64,000 nt of DNA, taken from Camelus dromedarius (lineage: Eukaryota). The translations under genes were made by a program, and so were the position numbers. Shown piece by piece: positions 26,132 to 38,100 of this stretch; position 1 is the stretch's first letter; each line of letters begins with the position of its first letter. The stretch spans positions 23,748,001 to 23,812,000 of the forward strand of contig NC_087437.1 in assembly GCF_036321535.1 (NCBI RefSeq), given 5' to 3'. The notes below the pieces were generated by a model. It did not search any database. It had not been told where the DNA came from and saw only the letters and a program-made list of their open reading frames with translations.

Positions 26132-29100
26132 CTATATAAAAACAAAAACACAGAAATGAATTTTCAGCAATAAAACAGAGACAATTCTCTGATGCAGAAA
26201 TGCTAAGGAATCTGGTGAAACACAGTAATACATCTGTTAAACAAGAAAAATTAAGTGTAAAAAATAACATCTGGGGCAAGTCTATAGCTACATAAAGTTC
26301 CACCTTCAGCTTTCCATTTTAATAGCAATTAAATCCTGTGAGTCTATTCATTTGTTGATATCTGCATTAGTTTAATTAATCTTTGGTAATTTCTATTTCA
26401 CTATAACCTGCCTTGGAATCTTTCTTGTTCGTTCTTTCTTCCTCTACTTTTTGTAGTCGTTCTCTAGCAATGTAACTTGTGACTGGGGTTCCATGTATAA
26501 TTTTTAGCTTTTTTTTTCATAAGAATGACAGCCATGTTGAGTCAGAAGGCACCTTAGACATTTTGTGTCAGTTTGATGATTGGTCTTCCAAATTTGCTCC
26601 CTATGTTTCCCAGCTTGTTTCATTGCATCAGCATCAATCCAGACTCCCTCCCCTATGACTTTAGCTGAATCCTATGAAATTCATTTCTCTCACACCTGTT
26701 ATTTTACCTTATCCCTTCAACAGAAATAATTTAATCCTTATTGCTAATAACTTGTAGATAGATGTACTATTACAATTTTACCTCTCAAATTCATTTTTCA
26801 CATAAACACGAGGATTTATCTTTCTAAAATCTGGATTTATAACTTGTTAATTTATATCTGTTTTGAAACCAACCAATTAACAAAAATTTTTATTTTTTTA
26901 CTGAAGTATAGTCACTTTTCATATGTCAATTTTTGGTGTACAGCATAATGTTTTATTCATATACAGACATACATATATTCCATTTTGTATTCTTTTTCAT
27001 TATAGGTTACTACAAGATATTGAATATAGTTGCCTGTGCTATACAGTATAAACTTGTTTATCTTTTTGATGTATAGTTACTAACTGCAAATCTCAAGCTC
27101 CCATTTTATCCCTTCCCACCTCTTTTCCCCCACTGGTAACCATGAGTTTGTTTTCTGTGAGTCTGTTTGTGAGCTGGTCTTGAGATGAGTTAAGGCCGTG
27201 GGACCCAAGGCCACGATTGGAGCATGTTTATAGTATGCAGTAAATAATTGCTCCACGCATGCATCAATTATATAAGATTTAGAACAAAGAAAATAGAAGT
27301 ACGCATGTGCTAGAGATATTCTGTAAGCCTAATGAACAAAGAAACTCAGACCGCGCATGTGCTGACAGAAAACAGATAAAAGCAGGACAGGTGCATCATA
27401 GGCGCACCTCCCTGTGGCAATAAAGTGTTGTTAATCCCATGGTGTCTCCGGCTGAAGTCTGCCCGGCAGTATGGCAACTCCTCGTGCATTTTTTCGTTTG
27501 GGCTGCTCACCTCCTAGAACCCCGCATCAGCCTCCCTCGGCTGACACTGTTTCTGTTTTGTAAATAAATTCATCTTTTTTTTTTTTTTTAAGATTCCACA
27601 TATATGTGATATCATATGGTATTTTTCTTTCTCTTTCCGGCTTACTTCACATAAAATGTTCTCCAGGTTCATCCATGTTGCTGCTACAAATGGTATTATT
27701 TTATTCTTTTTTTATGGCTGAGTAGTATTCCATTGTATAAATATACCACAATTTCTTTCTCCAGTCATCTGTTGATGGGCATTTAGGTTGCTTCCATGTT
27801 TTGGCTATTGTAAATAGTGCTGCTATGAACATTGGGGTGCATGTATCTTTCTGAATTAGTTTCCTCCAGGTATATGCCCAGGACTGGGATTGCTGGAATA
27901 TATGGTAAGTCTGTTTTCAGTCTTTTGAGAAATCTGCATACTGTTTTCCATAATGGCTGCACCAAACTACATCCCCACAGCAATGTTGGAGGGTTCGCTT
28001 TTCTCTACACCCTCTCTAGCATTTATTGTTTGTGGACTTCTTAATGATGGCCATTCTGACTGATAAGAGTTGATACCTCATTGTAGTTTTGATTTGCATT
28101 TCTCTGGTAATTAGTGATACTGAGCATTTTTCATGTGCCTATTGGCCATTTGTATTTGCCTCAAAAAGTTAAAAGATACTTTGCTTTTATATAACCATTC
28201 TTATCATCATAGCTTTAAAAAAAAAACAAACCTTAGTCATTAATATCATCAAATAGTCCAATTGTCAAATTCCTTGAATGTCTTGTAAATGTGTTTTTAC
28301 ATTGATTTGTTCAAGTCAATATCCAAACATGATCTGTAAACTAGGTAAGTTTGGTCTCTTTTTTTCATTTTGTTTTTATCTTTTTATCTTCCTTGACATT
28401 TATTTATTGATGGAACCAGGTCCTTTATTGCTATATATCCTCTCACCTTTTAGTTTTCTCACATTGCATCTCCAAATGAATGTTTAAGATAGTTATCTAA
28501 TGATTCCAAACCTTGTTTGCATATTGGAATCACCTGGGAGCCCTAAACAGCTTAAAGACCCGGTCTCACCTCCAGAGATTTTGGTTACTAGATCTGAGTG
28601 GAATCTTGACATATAAGCTTTGAAAAACTACCCAGGTATTTCTCCCCAGGTGTTTCTACTGTGCAGCCAAGGTTGAAGATCATTGCTCTGTCCCAGATGT
28701 CTTTGACTTTGGCTGCATATGGAATCATCTGGGGAACTATACAAACTTCTGATTCTGAGCTTCTGATTTAATTGAACTCGGGTGTGATTTGGTACTTGGG
28801 CTTTTGAAATCTCCCAAAGTGATTTAATGTGAAGACAAGGGCCTTGCTCTGTCCCATGAATTTCCTCTCAACTGGCAGTTTGATCTAATGGCTTGATTGG
28901 ATGTATACACTTATTTCAGATTCTACTCTTGTATTTGAGGATTTAATTTCATAGTGAATCAAGAGGTAATCTCCTTGTTTCACTGAGTTTTATTCCATGT
29001 AAGCCCATACTTAAAGTATTCCCCAGTGCACCAATGTTGATTTTTTAATACAAGCCTCAAGGACCAGGACCTCTACTCAACACATAAGGTCCTTCTATTG

Positions 29101-32100
29101 ACATGTGAAACTAAGTAGAGTTTCCAGAGAGAATTAGTCACCTGTGAATCAAGAGTATCAGGAGAAAATAGAATTTCAGAGCCAGGATTAAATGAACCCT
29201 TTTGAACAAAACCTATAAATTGAAGAAGGTCATTCTAAAACATACAGTTTACTGAATAATTTAAGAATGATGCTAGAGAAACCATCTATACCCAATGTTA
29301 GTGAGAACAGACTTACAATGAGGAAACACGTGCCAATGATCACAGCTTTTATTTTCACATCAACATCTGAAGGGAACTGGATGCCATAGTTACTATAATG
29401 TGTAAACATTTCTCTCATAATCTTAGTAAACTGCTTGGAAATCTTGCCAACAACATTTTTTCCATCAAGAGATTTGATCTAAAATGTAAAAAATAAAAAA
29501 CAACAAAACTCTAGTCTTACACAATTCTTGGTAATTTTAATCTACCTCCAAAGTTTGATTAAAATGAAACAAATTTACTCTTAAAAGTATATTCCAGATA
29601 GAACTATGAACATTATATAATTCATTAGATCATAGAGATACATCCATCTATTTATAGATACATAAAAAAACTGTTTCTTTGCCTTAGAGGAGTCGTATAA
29701 AAGTAGTTTTGTGAAATATTTAACATTTTTTTATTCTACACTAAGAAAGACTTAATAAATGAGTTGAATTGATCCAAAATAAAAGTTAAGTAAAGACATG
29801 AAATATTTCTTAGATGAAATTTCTAGAAGCCATCAGGGAGTAGGAAATGAAATTTGCATCTGAGTTCTGTTCTAAGACAAGCACAGAGAGTTTACATAGG
29901 CTGAGTGTTTAGAGGTGATGGGAGGCCCCATTGTCACCCGCTGTCAGAAGGAAAATGTGAAATGCCAGGAGCCTGGAAAAGAGGACTGGCAGTTCTGAGT
30001 GTAGGAAAGTAACCAGTAAGTGGGATGCCCCAGGTCCAAGGCTGGGGTCAGACTGGACAACAGGAGGGGATGGGTGACAATAAATGAGAAAGTGTGTATG
30101 AAAGAAAAAGGCTCCAAAGTAAATTTCTTCTAAATTTACAGTTCTGCCTGTGGAAAGCCAAGGGCCATGATAAAGAGTTGAACAGCTTATAGCCAGACAG
30201 ATGCACCTCACCAAGCGGGCACGTAGGGGCTGAAAGTAGCCCCCATTCACCAAAACATGTACAGGCAGGGTTGTGTGAACCCAGGAAGAGGAGTGTCCTT
30301 TTCAAGTGTGCACAAGGTACCACATGTACTAGGAACAACCTTATGTTGGCAGTAACATAAATATGCGGAAACTAAAAACTGCTGACTCATTTTATTTGAG
30401 TGTGAGTAGTTAAGTTCTTTAAAAACCTGAATTAAACTTCTAATATGAATACTGCGATAGCATGGATTACTCTTCATCAAATATTCATTTCAATTCCCTC
30501 CCACTGTAAGCCCAGTATCCTTCCCTGCACATTGAAATTAGGCTTGGCCATGTGCCTTGTTTGACTGACAGAGTCTTAGTGGATGTGACATGAGCAGAGA
30601 CCTTAAACAGGGCCGAGTGGTTTGGCCTTGAGTCTTGCTCTCCAGGGATCAGCCACCAGAAAAGCACAATCCAGGCCTCTGCTGTTGCTACAGCTCCAGA
30701 CTGAACATACCAGGAGCAGACCTGAAGCCAAACCGCAGCCTCAATCAGAGCTGTCTGGCTGAGCCTCGGTATATCCCCCAGACACAGTTAACCTGCAGAC
30801 CCATAAGCATGAGAATCAATTCCTGCTTTATAAGCCACTGACCTTTAGGGGTTATTTGTTATGCAGTGCTATTGTGGCAAAACACACACAAATCTTTCAT
30901 ACACTTTAGTAGTTCACCTTCTAATTGCTGCCATTTTTAGCTAGTAAAGAAATCTTATTTTTTAAATTTATTTTTAATTTAAAAATATTTTTTAAAATAA
31001 AAAATACAGAAGGTAACTTACCAGCCACTATAATCCCACCACTGAATTTAAGATACTAAAATTTCCCCATATTGATTTTTATAGTGAGACATTTTAAACT
31101 CCACCAAAATCATTCCAAAGTTAAAATAAAAAAATTTTTGTGGAAACCTTTAAATATGAATAATGTCTCACAACTTAAAAGTTATGAGAACTAGGTAATT
31201 TTTTACCTAAATTCCAAATGACCTTTTAAAAAAGAGAAAAATACCTATAATAAGGTTATTTCAACTCTGAAATAATTAATTTGTTTGTGACACAAGAAAC
31301 ATATATTTAGTTTTTGCGCCTGACTCCTGACATAGAGCTCTAAACCTCTTGTAACTTGCTGAGTGATAGGAATTATAGGAGTTTTCTTTTGTTTTGTTTA
31401 TGTACTATGTGGCCTTTATTCCAGGTTTCTAGCACACAGATTCTAAAACCTTTGGAAACTTCTGAGTGATAAATCTTTTGCAGGCTAGTGATATGACACT
31501 GGCTATGGACTACTTTCAACTTCAGGATGGGGGCTGGTCACCAGAAAGTCCAAACGATGAACAGAGACTTGGCATGGGGGCGGGGAAAGGAGGTGTGAAG
31601 GAGAGGCTAGAGATCGACTTAATCACCCACAGCCAGTGATTTAATCAGCGATGTCCATGTAATGAAAACTCCATAAAAACTAACTGATAGGGTTCAGAGA
31701 TCTTCCAGGTTGGTGAATGTATACATATATTTAGAGGGGGATGCATCCCAGTGCCATGAAGACAGACAGCTATACCTTTCCAGACCTTACCCTAGATATA
31801 TGCATACCTTGGATATGTTACAGGTTTGGATCCAGACCACCACAACAAAGCAAATCTCACAACAAAGTGAATCACATGAAATTCTGATTTTCCAGGACAT
31901 ACAAAATTATTTGTAAATTATACTGTAGCCTCTTACCTGTGCAATAGCATTATGTCTAAAAAATACATATACATGCCTTAATTAAACATACTTTATTGCT
32001 AAAAGATGCTAACTATCATCCCAGCCTTCAGTGAATCATAATCTTTTTGCTGGTGGAGGGTTTTGAAATACTGCAAGAATTACCACTTTGTGACAACAGA

Positions 32101-35100
32101 CACGCGAAGTGAACAAAAGATGATGGAAAAATGGTGCTGGTAGACTGGCCTCACTCACGGTTGCCACAAGCCTTTTGTACAAAGTGCAGTATCTGTGAAG
32201 AGCAATAAAGTGAGGTGCAGATAAGAAGTGTGCCTGTGCTTCCTCTTGGTGATCACCTGCGTTCTTGTAATAATCCTTTAGAAAACCTGTTCGTGTGAGT
32301 AAAGTGTGTTTCTGAGCTCTGTGATCCACTCCAGCAAAAATGATCAAATCTGAGAACCTCTGCTTTATACCAGGTTGGTCAGGAATGCAGGAGTTCTGGG
32401 ACTTGTGATTGGCATCTGAGGTAGGGGCAGTCTAGTGGGACAGGGCCCTTAATCTGTGGGGTCTGCATCAACTCCAATTTGTTACTGTCAGAAATGAATT
32501 AAATTGTAGGACGACCAGTTGGTACCTGGAGAGTTAGAGGACTGTTTGGTATGAGAAAAAATTTCATACCTTTGGTGTCAGAAGTGTGGGTAAAAAAATA
32601 GCATTATGTATATTATATTTGAATTAAATTTGTAAGTACATAAATTTAATACCAATAACTGTTAAAGATATTCTAAAAAGAAAACTATAGACTCACATAA
32701 TATAAATCCAAAAATCCAAGTAGAACACTAGCACAGCATCCTAGGTAAGTATCAAAAGAATATACAATAGTAAGTGTGAAATACTAGAAAATTAATAGAA
32801 TTTAAAACAAAAGATCGCATCAGTGGTTGCTGAAAAGATATTTTAGTATTTACTAACTAAACATTTATATAACATTTAGTATACGGATGGCATACAAAGG
32901 CTTTACAACTGTTAGGTAATTTAATGCACATGATAACCTTGCATGTTACCTACTATTATTATCCATATTTCCCATATGAAAAAATTGAAGCAAAGAAAGG
33001 TTAAGTAATTTGTTCACTGTTACACAGATAAATTGTGGTCATGGGTTTCAAACCAAGGCATTCTGGTTCCAGGGTCTGTACTCTTGGTCATTATGGTATT
33101 CTTTTCAAAAAGTTAAGTATCCATTCCTAATAAAAATCTCAGTCAGGAGTCAGCCAACAGTGGTCCGTGGGCATATCTGCCTGCCTTCTGTTTTTGTAAG
33201 TGAAGTTTAATGGTGCACAAACGTGACCATTCATTAATGTACTACTTTTGACTCCCTTTATGCCACAATGGTATAATTGAGTTGTGACAATGAACATGTG
33301 GCCCACAACATCTTAAATATTCTCTGTCTGGTCCTGTACAAAAATTTTTTTTTGCTCATTCCTGCTTTAAGTAAATAGGAAGAGAAAAAAATGTTATGAA
33401 AACAAGAGTAATATCTTCCTAAAGTGTGAAATATTTGGTACTATTTCAACTGAAATCATCAGCTTGGTAGATACTCCCACAGTTGTCATCATCATCATTA
33501 CTATTTCTGATCTGTAGTTAGGCTGGAAGAAAAATGAGCCAGCGGGTTTAGAAACACTAGAAAAGCTACCAGAATCTCATTTGCACTGTGATTTTATACC
33601 TAGAAAAACTAATAATGCAAAAACACCTAAATTTAACATTATAATACAGTCATATGACTGGATACAAAGTAAAGAAAAATAGCTTTTCGTACTATTTAGA
33701 ATAAGCACCTCAAAATATAAATATTCCTTCTTAGTAGTGATAAATGGCTACACATTACTTAGGAATAAGCTTAACAAAAAAGTCAGAGGTTCCATATGAA
33801 GAAACCTATGTGGTCTTATGAAGTATACAAAATAAGGTATGAATTTGAAGACATAACACTTCTGAGATGGGCGAGGTTTAGCATTGCATGTATGCTGATT
33901 TTTAAAAATGATGAGCAGGTTTCACTCAGTACTGATTAGATTCTAACTTCTGAAAAACTGAATGAAATTATCTTACTGTTTATATGAAAGGAAAATTAGA
34001 TAAGAGCAAGCAAATATGATAAGAAGAATAATGAGTGATCATTTTGCTATGGGTAGACAGAGGACATACCATTAAGGCGTCATGAGCATATCATAAGGCA
34101 CTGCTGTGAACACAGTTAGGTCACTGCAACAGAGCATGGAATCTAGAAATTAATTCCATTACTTGTGGGAATTTAATGTATGGTGAGGATGGTATTTCAA
34201 TTTAGCAAAGAATATTTACTTAATAAATTCTGCTGGCACAACTGTTCAGCTATCTGAAATAAAATGAAGTTTGCTCCTATCCTGTACTAATAAAACTGCT
34301 GATGAGTTAAAGATTTAAATATAAAATTTAAAAAAGATTAGATAAAATATAAGGTTTGCTGTGTACCTTCATAATTAAAACAAGAGAACCAGAAGTTGTG
34401 AAAATAGACATATTTGACCATAAACGATTTAAAATTTCTGTATGGCAAAAATATATTTTAAAAAAGTACGAAAACAAAGGGTAGGTTTGTGGGAAATATT
34501 TGCAAATCAGAGGACAGATGCAGAATTAATATCTCCAGTACACAAATTATTTTTGTAAATTGACAATAAAAAGCAAACAGCCCAATAGGTAAATGGATAT
34601 TAATACATAATGCAAAAAGAGCAAATAAAAGTAGCCAGTGAAGGTAGAGTAAAATGTTCAAAAGCATTAATTGTAGGACATTATGTATTAAAGATAAATT
34701 TCTTCCTTGTCACTTGCTGATCTTAGATTTCCATTTTTAGTTTGAAGTTTGCTGTTTATCTAAGCTGTACCTGGGTGTCATTTCTTTTTCTTTTCCAGAA
34801 CTCCTGGCAATTTCTTAATCTGAGCATTCATAGCATCAGGTCTGAAAGAATTTTAGTAATTTATCTCTTTGAATATCATTTCAGCACAGTCTCTGTCTTT
34901 TCCTTCTCTGTATCTTCTCTTTGGCATATGCACAAGCAGTTGTTTTTTTTTCCCTCCTAGCCTTCTATGTCCCTTCAATTTTATTTTTGTCCCTTCAAAT
35001 TTATGTCTTTTTCCCACCTCCTCTTTTTAATCAGGCACTGCTCCTTATTTCTGGAGATTCTTCTGATTTGTTTTCGAATCCTTTTTCTTATTCTTCTCTT

Positions 35101-38100
35101 GTGACTTTTGCTTCTTCTTGGTCTCTTTAGTGTTTATTTAGGTATTTCTTATATGACTGATTGTAGACTGTTCTATTGTATGCCGTTTATTCTTGGTGGA
35201 TTACTTGCTAGAGCATTATATAATTTTTCAATCTGCTCATGTGAAGATAGGCTTTTACAGTAGGAATAGAGGGTACCCTCAGTGATAATCTACTGTGCTT
35301 CTGCATTCAATTCTGCCATCTGTATCACCACTCAAGGTCAATTTCTGTGTTTTGAGATTCCTGAACCAAAACAGTGGTATGCATTCAGACATCAAAGTCA
35401 CAGAAGGGACTGGATTGGATATCAGTTTCATACAGGCATATTTTTTTCCCCCACCAAGAGTCCTGGAAGAAGACAGACTGCCCTATCATCTCCATGAGAT
35501 TGAAAGCCTACTTGTCTTTCTTCTGCTCACCTTTGGAATAATCTTGTCCTGGCTTTAACTACCATCTGTATGCTGAAAACTCCCCAACCTTTTCTTCTGC
35601 ATACCTAAAATCCAGCATGACTCAAATACAAGTCATTAGCTTTCCACACATCACGTGTTTCTCCTTCAATATTCTTAAATTGGCCAACGCCTTCATTATT
35701 CATTCAGCTTCTCAAACATCAGACATCAGAATCATCTCCCAATATTTTTCCTCCTCAGCTGACATCAAATCTGTGAATCACTTGGTTCACTTATGAAATG
35801 TGTCTGAATTATTTCCTCCTTTAGAACGACTCCTGCTCCTTCTTGTTCAGGCTGTTGTCCCATTCTACTCCAACTTTCAAAGACCACTGATATCATGATG
35901 GAGTCCAGGTTCCACAGTGGTCCCTCGTACTGATAAATCCCGCTTTAAGGTGTCAAACTTTCCATCAGAAATTGATTCAAGTGAGTATGTTTTCCATTCT
36001 CTGAAAGAGAATACCTAATTATCATCATCCTAGATGCCCAGGAGAGAAGCTAATTCATTACATATAATCTTGTTTTAAGGCATCCACTGAGAAGGATTGC
36101 TGGGTGAAATCTAAGTTTCTTAGCATTAAATACCAGAGTTTCAAATACTTTTCATGTTTTCACTTATTCCCACCAAATAAAGCATCTGCCAGCTGAACGT
36201 CCGTTAATGTTGTTCCTTGAATGAATAATCTCTTTCTGCTCCTCTGGATCTTTGATCGATACCCCATCCTCTACACAGAGAACTGGTATTAGGTATACCT
36301 ATGAAGTCCTTTTACGTACATCTCACATACATTGTACATAGCTCTTTAAAAGAGCCTTTATGAAGTCTCTTTACATTAGTTGTGTTTTCTTGGGACTTCT
36401 CATCTTTGTCATTAGACTAGGAAGTCCATGTGAAGAGTGATTAATCTTTAAATGAGCAGGGTCTAGCAGAGGAATTGAAAACTATATAACAAGGGAAGCG
36501 AGGAGATAATGTAAAAGAAAGATTCTGGATAGTGGAAAACCTTAGGATGTCAGGGGACAGTGGCAAAATTCCTACATGTTATCATAAGGTGGCAGCCCTG
36601 CTCAATTTTGGATTTTTTCCTCCTTCTGCAGAAATGTGGGTCCAGTTGAACAGATTTTATGATTTTCTAAGAGAATCATGATATTAAGTTATAAAACACT
36701 CAACCTTTATACAACTGCATCTAAATAATATAGTCTATAAGGGCGGATACCACCTGCTGGAAAACTGCTGTGATGAGTTTCTTTATCTAGGAAATACACA
36801 GGTGTATTGTGGTTTACAGCAATGGAGTTAATATGAAAACGAAGACTGCAGAGAAGTATAATTGCATAGTACATCTTACACCATTTTTCTTAAAATTCTC
36901 TTTGCATAAGTGAGCTTTTTGTAGGAACTCAAAGATGTCAGTGCTTCTAAAGAGGGGCTACAGCACTGACAGCCCATATTTCAGACTAAGGAAGGACCAT
37001 ATGCTTTGGCAATCAGACTTGGTGACAAGGTTACGGTTCTATTTAAAATGGATAATGTACACTGCCTCCGTAAGAACCACCATGTTGAAGGGTTAGATGC
37101 TTTCCTTATGTTTATTTGACTATAAGGCTGTGCTTCTCTTTTTTTTCATTTAATATAATCAACACTTAAACTTAATTAGAACAATAATAACCAAAGTTAA
37201 ATATATGAGCACATTCTCTTCCTCTTGAAATATGTATACAAATCATTATTTAATATATTTATAACATCTTACACAATTATTTTCTCCTTATAGTAGGAAA
37301 GCAAATCCTATAAATATTATCACCTCTCTTACCTTAAAATCAACATTTCCACAACAGTTGCACACAAGACATGGACCTATAATTCTTAGAATATCCATTT
37401 TATTCTCATTTTGAATTGTAAACTTTGGCAGATATGGGTGCCAAGTCTGAGTAACATAACCTATTGGTACACCATGAGGGGTGTGGACTTCTATCTACAA
37501 AACAGAACAGTATATATATTATGTAATCATCATTATTATCATAACAATGTCTGATAACAGTGCTCATTTACTCACTACTTGTTTTCATATTAGTAGTATA
37601 CTTTTTTCGCATTTTTATTGAGGTGCAACTGACATACAAAATTGTAGTGTATTTAAATTACATAATGGGATGATTTGATACACATACACAGTGTGGAAAG
37701 ATTACCACAATTAAGTTAAATGAAACAACTTTCACCTCATATAGTTAACTTTTTTTTTTTTTGGTGAGAACACTTGAGATATATCTCTTAGCAAATCTCA
37801 AGTATACAGTTTAGTATTTTTAACTATAGTCCCTATTCTGTGCATTAGATCCTCAGAACTTATTCATCTGATAACTGAAAGTTTGTAGTGTTTGACTAAC
37901 ATACCCCAATTCTCCCACCCAGCAGCCCTTGGCAATTAGCATTATACTCTGTGTATCTCTGAGTTAGACATTTTTTTAATGATTTGATATATAAGTGATG
38001 CCATCCAGTATTTGTGTTTTTAATCTGGCTTATTTTAGTTAGCATATTGGTTTCTCAAAGCATGCATGTTGTCACAAATGGCAGGATTTTCTTCTCTTTT

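Noticed and set aside
29909..30480. Overlapping 77-114 aa minus-strand ORFs
   Set aside because: They are intronic with no recognisable domain or exon boundaries.
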